Notes: generated by a model not told the origin, from the letters alone. Positions 15,901 through 28,334 are shown, counted from the stretch's first letter. The stretch is 64,000 nucleotides of DNA from Lingula anatina (GCA_051362555.1 CM120640.1:31267967-31331966); one strand, 5' to 3'. Numbers and translations are program-made.

Positions 15901-18900
15901 GGTCAAAGGTCAAATCCAAGGGTATATTTGAAATCTACACATATGACTTTTGGAAAGCCGTCTATAGAAATTTTTCCCATAACTCCTTCCGTAGGGTAGA
16001 TAATTAGCATTTAATTTTGCCATTTTTAGACAAGGGTGTATTGCAATGAGTGCCACACCCAGACCCCAATACCGACAAAGCCCAAATTTTACGTGGAACG
16101 AGTTGAGATTATAGGTGACCTAAATCCATGAGATGGGTACGGGGGCCCTTACCGTCTAGGAGGAGAAGCGGTAACGGTAGCCGTCCGGCGGAGCCGGCGG
16201 AGCCAACGGAGCCGGCGGAGCCGGCGGAACGATCCGGACGGGACCGAAACCATGTGTACCGCCAGCGCTAACGCTGGTGGTACAATTAAAACATTTACTA
16301 AAATACATTTTGAAATACATTTCCAAGGACTGCATTTGAATTAATTTTTTGGATGTAAGATAAAATAAAAAAAAAATTACCAATAAGTTGATAATGCCCA
16401 GATAATAAAAGTCCCTTGAGTCTCTCATTGTCCTCAGTTTTGGCATTTCAAATGTCTGGGCACTTTGTAACTTATAAAACTGTCCACCTGTTGGTCCAAC
16501 TGTTGGTAAAAGGTGGTCAATTTTGTGGTAATTAATGTAATTATTGCACATTTTTGTTACATTCTTTTACACACCTGACACTGTAGTAATAGGGACAGTA
16601 ATTGGTAGTTTTGAGTGCTTCAGTTTTCAGGATTCAATATTTAAAAAACCCTTCTTTTGAATGGATTCTATTTTATCATATAGACTGTTAGTGAGGCCAA
16701 GGTGTAAGACCTAAAAAGACTGCAGATTTTCCCCTTTAAATTCCTTTGACATGTTTGAAGAAAAGAAAGGAAATTGTATTTGACTTCATCATAGTCAGGC
16801 CATCAAAAGTGTACTTAACAATGAAGAAAAATGTTTGGTAAATGCATTTAAATATTTGAAAATGAAATATGGCATTCCATCATACTATTATCATACTATA
16901 ATTGACAAAGCTTTATTCTTATAATCTTCCAGAATATCCTGGCCACACAGTGGCAGTGGATCTTGCTGCACACAAAGAAAAACTTATGCAAGAAAAGATC
17001 ACTCTCAGGAGCAGAAATGACAAAAATAAGGCCATCACCTTAGTGCTGCATGCTAGAGTATTAGGTAAGCTGATGCTATATTATATCTCACTCTTGTGAA
17101 TCTTAAAAACAAGTATTGGCAGCAACAAATATACTCTCTTGGTTTTCCCACCTACAATGCCATTAGTTTTTGTTTACTAATGATCACCTCATATCTGTAA
17201 ACCATTTTGAACAGTGTTAAATCTAACACACTGTATTTAACTTGAGTCATGGTACAGAAAATACAAAATACCGGTGAAGAAATCCATATTGTATACCATA
17301 AATTCCAATTTAGAGGATGCAAATCTCAGATATCTGATGTTCCACAGTGATTTCCACATAGGTAAAAATGTCCATAAAAATTGAAATGGCACCAAATGTC
17401 ATCAAATTTACACACAATTAGCATGAGCACATGCTTCCTCAAGGCCATGTTTCTAATAGTATGTGTGTTTACTGCATATTGCAATTATCTTCTATAGGCG
17501 AGTTGCCATGCCTTTAACAAGGGCAAGAATTCCTTTTTTTGTGAAAAATTGCCTCTAAATAATTTTAATTTGTGTGTGTGTATGTGTGTGTATGTGTGTG
17601 TGTGTGCCCATTATGAAGGTCCACGTTGTCTGGTGGCAAGCACAGATTTCAGAATAATTGTGATAATCACTATGTTGGTGGTAAAATGGCATTTATTATT
17701 GTACCACCAGCGTTAGCGCTGGCGGTACACATGGTTTCGGTCCCGTCCGGATCGTTCCGCCGGCTCCGCCGGCTCCGCCGGACGGCTACCGTTACCGCTT
17801 CTCCTCCTAGACGGTAAGGGCCCCCGTACCCATCTCATGGATTTAGGTCACCTATAATCTCAACTCGTTCCACGTAAAATTTGGGCTTTGTCGGTATTGG
17901 GGTCTGGGTGTGGCACTCATTGCAATGCACCCTTGTCTAAAAATGGCAAAATTAAATGCTAATTATCTACCCTACGGAAGGAGTTATGGGAAAAATTTCT
18001 ATAGACGGCTTTCCAAAAGTCATATGTGTAGATTTCAAATATACCCTTGGATTTGACCTTTGACCTCTACTTCAAGGTCAAATGGGCCAAAATTTTCAAA
18101 AAAATGAAATTTTTTACGAAAAAAAATTTTTTTGCCCTGTTATTCAGACACCACACAGACTTAACCAATAATATTATTGGAAAGTGTTACCCTTCAGGTC
18201 ATCTTTCATCTCCATGAATTTGGGGTCAATCGGTGCATTTTCACGGGAGTAGCGGCCATAAGATACCGAAACTGAAAACTGTCTCTAATTCGGGAACCGT
18301 TAATGCTAGAGACCCATTCTTTTTTGCATTTTGTAGAGCATGTAAAGCCCAACACTGGAGGTGGTCTCGGTTTTTTTGTATTCCATACGGTTTTCGAGTT
18401 ACGCTGTATCAAAAAGTACATATTGGTGGTAAAAGCAAAATGTGCAGTACGGTAATGGATAATATATTTTTAACTATGGAAAAATAAAACATAAGGCTTG
18501 GCAAAGCAGACAACTTGTGTTCAAAAATGACATTATTTCATCAAATTTGAACTTCTGAAACTTCAGAGCACCTCCTATTTCAAGAATTTTGACCAAAATG
18601 ACATTTTCTTTATTTTAATTAATTTTTTCTGTACGAAATTTAAGGCACATTATGGTAACTCCAAAATTATAACATCTAGTCCCTTATATCTCCAAAACTG
18701 GCAGAGATAGGTCCATAGTTACTATTGAAGTTGAATAGGAAGTCATATACTGGCAATCTAAATGTGACCTTAAAATTGACCTTTGTCCTACTTTTCACCA
18801 TAAACTGAACTTTGCAAATTTTGCTTCCCTTTTATCTCCAAAACTGGCAGAGATAGGTCCATAGTTACTATTGAACTTGAATAGGAAGTCATATACTGGC

Positions 18901-19982
18901 AATCTAAATGTGACCTTGAAATTGACCTTTGACCTACTTTTCACCATGAACTGAACTTTGCAAACTTTTCTTCCCTTTTATCTCCAAAACTGGCTGAGAT
19001 AGGTCCATAGTTACTATTGAACTTGAATAGAAAGTCATATACTGGCAATCTAAATGTGACCTTGAAATTGACCTTTGACCTACTTTTCACCATGAACTGA
19101 ATTTTGCAAATTTTGCTTCCCTTTTATCTCCAAAACTGGCTGAGATAGGTCCATAGTTACTATTGAAGTTGAATAGGAAGTCCTATACTGGCAATCTAAG
19201 TGTGACCTTGAAATTGACCTTTGACCTACTTTTCATCATGAACTGAACTCTGTTTATTTCTTTCTCTTTTAACTTCAAACTTGACAGAGATAGGTCCATA
19301 GTTACTCTTGAACTTGAATAGGAAGTCATATACTGGCAATTTACTGTGACCTTGAAATTGACCCTTGACCTACCTTACGAAGAACTTAAATTTGATTGTA
19401 CCATATATATTTTTTGCAATAGTTTAAAAATTCTTGTTGATTGCATTTTTACAGCTTGTCAAGCACAAAACTGGTGGCTGTGTCCCTTATTTTGTGTATG
19501 TGGGGGTCTATACGAATGCGTTTGCTCCAGCTGGTGGTACAATATTTGGAGGCGGTATCGCCTCTCTGATCCTCTAGTATTTCTTTGTGTTGTCTACAAT
19601 GTATTTATGGGGAATTTTGAATTTCGTACGAATAGTTTTTATCCCTTGAAGCATTTTTAAAACTGCATCAACTTGACAAAAAAACTTATTTTGTGCCTGA
19701 TTATTTTCTGCTTTATGCTGCCTTTTTTTTAGTGGTATGTTCATGTTGGCAATTATCAACCTTGCCACTAAACTGGACCAAATGCTACTCTTTTATTTCT
19801 GCAGCAGCCAAATGCTATGAAATGACCCATATACACACATGTAGTAGTACCAGTCTATATCAATTCCGGTTGTCTTTTCAGGGCGAGGCAAAGGCACCCC
19901 AGCATTAAGGAACGGCATAAAATGCACAGGCATCGATGCAGATGAGGAATCAGAAGCAAGTGACTGGATGGGCTTTGATTGA
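9965..19982 (+). CDS. ADISSP: ADISSP / C20orf27 (UPF0687) homolog, complete, 4 coding exons
   Basis: Exons 9965-9989, 12394-12633, 16933-17064, 19882-19982, with all introns phase 1 and GT-AG. Product: MEFKHHHGG..GHVHFPQE..HDSEIVI..VHLGFLQHRHHYEVAFTI..AAHKEKLMQEKITL..LHARVLGRGKGTPALRNGIKCTGIDADEESEASDWMGFD*. This matches the family hallmarks HVHF, GFL..H.YE..F, AHKE, ARV...GTP.L..G.KC and SDW.GFD. Exon 1 is the least certain. Confidence 0.92.
12782..16286 (+). mobile_element. Non-autonomous Helentron-type (HINE-like) element, copy 1, with internal 146-bp satellite array
   Basis: 5' end ACTAGAGG with a small hairpin (GAGGCG..CGCCTC) and subterminal IR TTGTACCACCAGC; ~16 x 146-bp tandem units; unique core; (CCGGCGGAG)n microsatellite; 3' hairpin TGTACCGCCAGCG-CTAA-CGCTGGTGGTACA containing the matching subTIR. 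No clear TSD, A/T-rich flanks. Confidence 0.8.
12985..15285 (+). repeat. 146-bp tandem repeat array, about 16 units
   Basis: Unit ...AAAAGTAGGTCAAAGGTCAATTT(C/T)AAGGTCACATTTAGATTGCCAGTATATGACTTCCTATTCAAGTTCAATAGTAACTATGGACC... Equivalent ORF starts at 13413, 13997 and 14873 are spaced by 4x146 and 6x146. Confidence 0.97.
17698..19578 (-). mobile_element. Helentron-type element, copy 2 (inverted, about 5 satellite units)
   Basis: Near-identical reverse complement of 12782-16286, including both termini. It is 1624 bp shorter, which equals 11x146 + 2x9. Confidence 0.85.
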
Positions 19983-22900
19983 CACATTCACCTCAGTTTA
20001 CCACAGTAAACTTTTTTATATGTTTGATAATGATGATTGTGTTAAAAGTAGAGCATCTTTTCATCCAACTCTGTGTTGTATTTCTTTGAAGAGGAAACCT
20101 CTCTATAAAGGTGGTTTTGACATATTCTGTACAGTTTTAAAAACTTAAAAGTAGTCTACGTAAGTGAAGTTACTCAGTTAAAAATAAGGTGTTTGTCTAG
20201 ATTATATGTTTCACTAAAGCATTAATCATACATCAAACAATTTTCAGCACAAGACACCAATATTCTGCACTTTCATACTGATAGATTGTCTTTCAGCACA
20301 TAAATACAAGTTTCTGGTCTCCACAACTGATAAGCATCTGCAAGTTTTTGTCTATTAACAGTTCTTCACCTGGTTTGTCACTTGGTAATGTATGGATGGA
20401 TGCTTGTGGTCCATGATTAACCCCATCATGGAAAAGGGACACAAATTTGCAGATGTGAGGTTGTTCCTTTTTTATCAGTGAGCCAGACCCAGTAACTGTT
20501 AAGTTGTGCCAATACATAAAAATATATAAAATGCATTAAAAATCTTGGTATGGCTATGGCATGGCTGTGCTGAATAACAGTAGGTTCTGCTGAAAATTAT
20601 TAGAGGTATTGGGTATTTGTATTTCTCATTTACATGGTATGTATATATCCAGACCTATTATTTCTTTTTTATATACAGACACCGTATACATCTGTATGTA
20701 TCCTGATTACTGTCTATGGCATAATTTTACTTTAAATTTCTGAGCAGCTTTGTTTGGTTGTAGAAGAAAGGTCCCTTGCAAAAATTAGCATGATAGGAAT
20801 ATTTGTGCAAAAGTTTTATTGCACATTTTTTATTTGTTATCAATACTTTTTAAATATTGTTGCAGTGTATTTTTCTTTGTTGTTAGGTCTCTGTATTTAT
20901 GACAGCTTTGCTGTTTGTTCTATGTACACAGTTAAATGGATAAGAATTTTTCATAATTTTCAGCCTTCATTTAGAATACAAGTTGAAACCCAATTTGATG
21001 TATATTTCAGTGTGTGTACAAACACAGTAGAAATTTTGTGTAATTTTTATGGTCCAAGACATTCATCTGTATTTCTTTAATTAATCTGCATTTTTGAAGA
21101 TTGTGGCATACCACCATGTCAGATATAAACAATGGAAGTGTCACCAAAACCCACTGTATCCGAGTATATTTATAAGAGTAGGCTTTCAATGCTTTCTTCA
21201 AAATTTTAAAGGTTATTGATGGCACTGTAAAATTATACATTGCTTGCTGCTTTATCAATGCTTTGTTAAATGTTATTTATTTTGCTGAAACAAAAATATG
21301 CTAGCATGCCACCAACTAGATTATCTCATTATTTTATTTTGTTAAATTCCACTTGGAATTCAGTGAGTATTGTTGTTCACTTCTACCATATATGATATTT
21401 ATCTCTGGATGCTCACTCCTTGACCATTCAGTATTGGAAGTTTTTCAAGTCAAACTTGCACAGAAATTTAAATGCAAGTGTCTGACTTTAAGTAAAATAA
21501 CCACGTAACCAATTATAGTTATTTGTCACAATAAAGAGGAATAATTGTGGATGAATTGGATGAATGGTAATCGTGATATTTGATTGAAACAGTTTGTCAT
21601 GTACCACATTTCTTTGCTATATAAAAAACTTATTCCGACAGCCACATTATCCATGTTCAGTGATAGTCGTAATGTTTTGAATACCACAAACAAAGAGTTA
21701 TCTAAGTTAAGGCCGGTGATAGTAAAAGGACCAAAGTCATAGAAACAAAGCCCTGGGCTTATAAGTTTTTATAAAAAATTAAAACAAACTTCCCAAAAGG
21801 CCAATTAAAGACGGGGATTAAGTACAGTGTCCAACGGATGACGCTCTGGCGCCAATTTGAGGGGAAAAATGCCGTTTTCGGTATTGGGATTTTTCTCTAT
21901 AACCAAGACAGCTATTCAAGTGATTCAAAAGGCCTCATAAAGCTGGGTGAAAGCACTACAGCGGGGTACCAGGGAATTGTCTTAAACTATTTACTTTTGA
22001 TTTTATCATCTTTTACGTTAAATTACCCTATATTTCAATGGCTTATTCACTTCAAAAGGCGATATCTTTCAAACAAACAATTTTCTCTTAAACCCCTGAT
22101 ATCATGCTGTAGTCCACATTCCTAACAACAATAGGTGCAACTTTTGTAACGATCGGTTGCTCAGATAGTGAGATATACTTGGCAGCGATTCACTTATCTC
22201 GTCAATATAGAAAGCTGTTAAAACAGCCAAAAACGTTCACAGGTTGGTTAACAGGGCTTATTAGTCAAATGCTTATCTGGCAAATTTACCTGTTATCGGT
22301 TATACGATCAGCTGGAACCATTGCTTATTGTCATCTAAAAATATTTTGTTTGGGTGCTTTGAAGGGGCAGAAAATCGTGCTTTTGTTACATTTTCCGACC
22401 ACTCGTTAGGCATGTAAGCGTGCCGCCATTTTGATTGACAGCTCTGGAGAGGGCCCTAGCCTTGTGATGCCCAGTAGGGTGTCAAGGATATGTAGAAGGA
22501 AGCGCTAACAAAGGCGATTACGTTTAACCGCAATTAAGAGGTGTGAAGTTGCATTTGAACGTTTCAATGGCTCTTCCTCGGCAATCGAGTAATTTTACCT
22601 GAGAGATTCCTTCTTTGTTATCGGCAAAGTGATCAAATAAAACTGTGTCGAGAGCAAGTGTCCGTCACTTGTGTTGATACGAGTTTTTTGACGGGTAACG
22701 CTGCAGGATTATTTTGCACGGCACTTGGTAGTCGTCAGATCAACGGAAAAATCCAGTGATTACTTCAGAGCGGTCTCGCTCAAAATGCCAGCTAAGATAA
22801 AGGGGTGACGCTCAGCTGCACAAGATTCAGCGGTAAAAGTGGCTGAGAGAAGGCTTTTGAATAAATATTTTATTTTTACACACATGACACTTAGACCCTA

Positions 22901-23287
22901 TTTGCTTTTTACCTGCTAGCCTTGACTATTCTCGGGGTCTTTTTGTGATTTTCATTTTTGGACACTTGAACTCTTTCTTCCCGCTTGATCAGTGATTTTG
23001 AAATTGTTTTTCTCCAAATATCGCAAAATGCAAAGCCGCTAACATGCGTTTTTATTTTTATTGTTTTAATCATGCTGTCAACCTTTGCTTGGATCTCTCT
23101 TGTTTGGCCATTCAAATCACAATTTTTCGCGTGTCTCTCAAGCTCCATGATATCATATCTTGGAGAATAAAATTTTATTTTGTCAACATTAGATTTACCT
23201 TTTGCAAACGGCGACCAACAATCATTTCCGGTTTCGTAACGTGTCGCAGATACGCTCGACGATATATATCGCAAAAATTAAAGGCTA

Positions 23288-25718
23288 CCCAGACAGCCTC
23301 AGTAATCTGGCCCACGTCTGGCCCAGATCTGGCAACGTCTGGCAATATCTGGGCCAGATTTTGCCAGACACTTGCCAGATCTGGGCCAAGTCTGGCAAAG
23401 TCTGGCATTTATGCCACATTTTGCCAGACACTTGCCAGATCTGGGCCAAGTCTGGCAAAGTCTGGCATTTATGCCACATTTTGCCAGATGCTGCCCAGAC
23501 TTGGGCCAGATATGGTACTTTCATTTTCAATTTTTATTTTCTATTTATTTATTTTTTATTGACCAGTGAGCTGAATGCATTGAACTGACGTCATTTGATA
23601 AATTTTGATTTAATTTATCTCTCTCTTTTTTCTTCAAAGTCCCCTCATAAGTGTGCTATTTGTTTAATTTGACTTGACATTTGAATGAATTCACTGATCT
23701 AAAACTTTTTTGGACTACTCGTTCCGCTGTTGTAAGATTCCGCTTTTTATGCTAAGCCGGTCAAGGACCCGGATGTAGCGTTTCTTAGAGTTATGGATAT
23801 GAAAAAAGCACAAGCGTATCAAACTGATACAATTTCGTTGAGTGATTTGATTCGTGGTGCGATTTATTTCGAAGGCATCAACACTGGCGACGAGGATAAA
23901 CACTAGTGCAAAAACTGTGAGTCAAGTTTCTTTGAAAAAAATGGAGAAAAAATGTGAAATTACGGAATTCGAACCGTACAGAAGTCCGGAGACATTAGGG
24001 TCACGCTCGACGCGATGGCTAGACAGTTTAAACTCTTCGCTGACGGAAAAGATTGATCTTTTCAAAACCAACGAACGGCATGAATAATGAACAAAGATAG
24101 AAAATTAAAAATACATGACAAAGGAGACGCGCGCTTATGTTGTATTCAGCAGGGACAGGTGTACAACTTACAAGATATTTTCAGAACTCTCCCAAACACA
24201 GGTTAGAAACATGAATATACATAAAACAGTTAACGCTTTGAATGAAATTGGAACACCAGAAACTGAGTATGATGAAACTGAAGTCATTTGACAAACCAAG
24301 CCAGTCTAAACATTACGAGTTTAGACATGAAAAACGAAGTAGAAACTCCCTGACTGAGAAAACATGGAACGTTGGATCACTTTGCAAAACTCTGCAAAAC
24401 TGAAACTATTATTCATGTAAATGACAGCTTTGAACATGATAATCCAGGAGTGCATATACATTTGGTGTGGGAACCAATGCACAGAAGACATGGAGGAAAT
24501 AGAGGAGGTGTTAATCTCAGTGTATTACCAGATTCAGGTGCATATTGTAATATCATTGATGAAAATACATGGAGAATGCTGAAATCCAAGAAAAATAAAT
24601 GTGGCTCTTGTGGAGGACCAGAAAACAAACAGTATTATTCATACACGTCTGAGAAACCTTTAAAAGTGAAGGGAACATTTGAATGTGATGTAAAGGCAAG
24701 CAAAGGAAGAGACCAGTAGTAGTGAAAGGACATGGGATTGGATATGAGTTGATTAGTTTTGAGAATTTTCAGTGTGGTTTAAGGAATAAAAGTTGGAGTT
24801 CATATGCTATTCTGCAAATGTTTGAAAAGACATTTTAAAGACTGAACTGTCAATTAACATGTTTTGAAAGGACCGTTTCTCTCCAAGAAAGGAAGGGATG
24901 TTGTGTTTTGACTTGACATTTGAATGAACTGTTGTTAACTTGGTAGAGTTACTTGTTCCATTGTTGATTCCTTTAATAATTATAAGCTTGTCAAGGAAAA
25001 AATATTTCCCCCTCAAACTCCTCCCCCCATGTATATGCATAATTAATTACAATTTTTGTAATTTGTGTTAATTCAGATTCGATGAGCAGCTTTGTGTTGA
25101 AAAAAAAATGCTGTTATAACTGTTTTCTTTACATGTATGTAAGTGACATTTCCTCTTGTTAAGTGTCTGTATATTTGCCTTTTTGCAGTGTAGTTTTTTT
25201 TTTTTTTTTTTTTCAAACATACATTGTTTTGTACAAAAAGACAAGGAGTGGCCCTTAATTTGTTACATGTTAGTTGCCAGCAAGGTTATATAATGTGTAA
25301 TAATTTTGTTTAGGGTTTTAGCACAGAATAAATACTTGAATTTTGAATCTTGTATGTCTTTTTTTATAGTAATCTTAATTGAATAATTAAAAAATAATTT
25401 TAAAAAAAGAAAAAAAAACAATCTGGGCCATATGTGGTCCATGTCCGGCCCTAATCTGGCCCACATCTGGCCCACTTCTGGTCCACATCCGGCATGCCAT
25501 ACCTTTGCCAGATATTGCCAGATCTGGGCCGACATCTGGCCACATGAGCAAATGTGGACTGGGCCAGATGTGGCAATGTCTGGGCCAGATCTGGCCCAAA
25601 CATTGCCACATCTGGCCCAGATCTGGCAAGCCATACGTGGGCCATACGTTTTGCCAGACATTGCCAGACGTTGCCAGATCTGGGCCAGACGTGGGCCAGA
25701 TTACTGAGGCTGTCTGGG
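23288..25718. mobile_element. Nested non-autonomous TIR DNA transposon with subterminal 10-11-bp repeats (EnSpm/CMC-like)
   Basis: Perfect TIR of about 60 bp, CCCAGACAGCCTCAGTAATCTGGCCCACGTCTGGCCCAGATCTGGCAACGTCTGGCAAT, at both ends, flanked by TA (alternatively a GGC duplication outside TA). About 230-300 bp of CCAGATCTGG-type palindromic repeats lie inside each end. Superfamily assignment is inference. Confidence 0.8.
23935..24720 (+). pseudogene. Gypsy/Ty3-type LTR retrotransposon gag-protease relic
   Basis: Translations FEPYRSPETLGSRSTRWL ... RRALMLYSAGTGVQ/DIFRTLPNTG (gag N-terminus of invertebrate Gypsy elements) and VNLSVLPDSGAYCNIIDENTW..L ... YSYTSEKPLKVKGTF (retropepsin DSGA motif). 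Interrupted by stops and frameshifts. Confidence 0.8.
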
Positions 25719-26608
25719 TAGGCTAAAAGTATCCTTTTTTAGCTTTTTTTATTTATGTATTAATTGATTTTTCTTTCATTTGTCAATTAATTTAGACGTT
25801 TCGATTAACTCTTTCACCCACTTATTAGGTATACAGAAATCAGTCATCCGACTGAACAAATAGGGCCGGTTTTCCCCAACCGCCACGCATAGGCCTTACT
25901 CTCAAAATTTTCCTTCTTTCCTCTGGAAAGGGACTTTGAACACGAACTTTTCTCTTCCCCGTAGTGTACTAGCTAGACTTCTTCGCTGCTAAGCTGATGT
26001 AAGACTTATGACCTATTACCGCACACGTAATCGGCTTATAATTCATTAACTGTGCTCCGACCCCCTCATGGCAACGGCCCTTAGTAACAGAGGCGTGGCT
26101 TAGTTGTCAGCCTGACTGGGGCGCGTGCCGGTTGAAAAACTCATCAAAAGACGCATTTTGCGATGCAAATTCATAAAAATTATTACATCCAACGTTAGAT
26201 ACTCTTTTGATTAATATAAACACACAAAAAACTCAAAAACACGATTTTAAGCGTATTTAACCCTATCACCGGCCTTAAGATAAAGCTGCTGTATTGAATA
26301 GTACATTTGACCTTTCATATGATAACTATTAAGGTTAAACCTGCTTGTGTAAAACTAGTAGTGAAGATAGCACATACTGTATGCAGACATTAAAGAAAGA
26401 AATGAAATAAATTACATGTAAGGCAAGTTGGATGGTTAAAGAATTTTTTAAAAACATTCGAATTAACAGTCAACTTTCACCTCAGCATCAGTTAAATTTC
26501 AACTCAAAACAGAAATATGCATGATAGATGAAGAATGACATGCTTCCAAATACCTCAACTGACAAAACACATTTGAAAACCAAATCAAACTACTATATTC
26601 AACCCAAT

Positions 26609-27084
26609 AAATTTTAACTAAAATAATGTAAGTTTTATGATTTTTTTGCTGCATATTTTTAAATTAACGAAAATATTGAAATTGGTTAGAGTTAAAATGG
26701 CACTTTAAAAGTCCCTTTTATAAATTATCTGGTGCTTTTCAGATAATCTTAGAATATGTGTAGAATCTAGTGCATGTTCCCTCTTCCCAATATCTCCCAG
26801 TTTTCTGACCAACCAGCAGAAAATTGTTTGTATATAGTCTTCTTACTTGTGTCTGTTCATGATGTCACCATCACAGAATGAGTTTTGTACCACCAGTGCG
26901 AGGTACAATGCAAACAGTCTCCATTATTGTTATATCTCAAATTAGCACAGTTTCAACTTAAATTTTAACTAATATAACGTAAGTTTTATGATTTTTTTGC
27001 TGCATATTTTTAAATTAATGAAAATATTGAAATTGGTTGGAGTTAAAATGGCACCATAAATGTCCCTTTTATAAATTATCTGGT
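26609..27084 (+). repeat. Local direct duplication of about 125 bp (26609-26733 and 26960-27084)
   Basis: AAATTTTAACTAA...GTAAGTTTTATGATTTTTTTGCTGCATATTTTTAAATTAA.GAAAATATTGAAATTGGTT.GAGTTAAAATGGCAC...TATAAATTATCTGGT occurs twice with few mismatches. Confidence 0.9.
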
Positions 27085-28334
27085 CTTATTCTTAGACTTT
27101 GGACTCAAATTTGCCAAGTGGTTTTGTTTAGTTAAAAAAAAAATCAACATGGTCACACTAACATTATTGTATATATTGTTGCAGGTTTTTTTTTCTTTTT
27201 TTTTTTTTTTGTGCATGTGCCTTATGCTTACTCGAGTTTTATGGATAGACAGTGTTCTTTGTAATTTAAAGACTAAAGTAGTTTTACTCCTATGGAGCTA
27301 ACTTGAATAGTTACATTAAATAACTGGTATAAATACATGCTGATTTTTTAACTCGGCCTGCCTTTTTGTCAAAACACAACTTGTAGAGTAAAAGTAAATC
27401 ACATATAAGATTTAGTTATGGGGTGAACAAATGTTTTCAATGACGACAGCTCAGACAAACACGCTCAGGTATTTGGAATATGTGCAGGCATTTACAATAT
27501 TAATGTCTGTACGTAAAACGTGATATTATTCAAGGTTGCTGACATACGGCACAAAACATTTATATCCAGCTTTTAAATATATAGAAAATTTTATTTGCTC
27601 TTTTTTTCCATAGTAATTTTACATAAGCACCAAGTGAATATTTATATGAACAAGTATCAACTGACATATTACTATTGCACTTAATACCTGAAGGCTGAAT
27701 ATTCCCAAGTTGCATTCGACTCGTAACTGTAAATCTGCATTATAAATGTACTTCACCATTGTTCAACTATTTCAAATATGGGACACAACTTCTTGGATAC
27801 ACATTCATCTGTGGAAAATCTAACAAACAAGAACAGAAAAGAACGTTTCTTCTTGAAATACAGTTAATCTGAAACAATTTCTTCTTATCACATTCAGCTG
27901 TGCATGTTATCAATGAGACATTGTGATCAATTATGTCCTTATCCACCCTCCCTGATAATCATACTAACAACATGTCAATTGACAATTGAAGATTTACTTG
28001 ATGCTACTGTTACTCATTTTGTGCCTGTCAGGCAAAAAAGATCTAGCTTCATTACAACTATATCAAATGTAAGAAAAATTTAATAACTATATCACATTCA
28101 TTTTAAATGTCTTATAGAGACAAGTACGCTATAATTATCAATACCAGAGATATTCCACACAACAGCAATGCTGTGCTGCCTAATAAGAATCACCTCTAAT
28201 GCTTATCATTTGTCTACCATCTATCAGTTTCATTTGTCTATGGAATTCTTCATTCCATTAATTGTAAAAAAAAAACCTTTAAGAATGATAAACTGTGAAC
28301 AAGTTTGTTGCTACCCAGCGAGGAGAGTCCTGTG

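Larger units (their letters stand above)
21711..26274. mobile_element. TTAA-specific non-autonomous DNA transposon, Kolobok-like
   Basis: TTAA|GGCCGGTGATAG at 21707-21722 and CTATCACCGGCC|TTAA at 26263-26278: a perfect 12-bp TIR with TTAA TSD. Purine (GG) termini fit Kolobok rather than piggyBac (CC). No intact transposase recognised. Confidence 0.8.

Noticed and set aside
16156-16551. 131-aa ORF with a PPAPPAP tract
   Set aside because: The Pro/Ala tract is the translated (CCGGCGGAG)n microsatellite of the element end, and the ORF crosses the element boundary into intron sequence.
15494-18487. Duplicated ORF MHFHGSSGHKIPKLK... (15494-15733 and 18233-18487) as a gene pair
   Set aside because: Both lie in the unique core of the two inverted element copies. 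There is no recognisable domain, and the identity reflects recent transposition.
23044-23588. Overlapping repetitive ORFs (ARSGP/PDLAQ/QIW) on both strands, also at 25263-25726
   Set aside because: They arise from stop-poor 10-11-bp palindromic subterminal repeats of a DNA transposon and are open in several frames at once.
21707-26278. piggyBac assignment for the TTAA-flanked element
   Set aside because: Termini are GG...CC rather than the CC...GG typical of piggyBac, so Kolobok-like is preferred.
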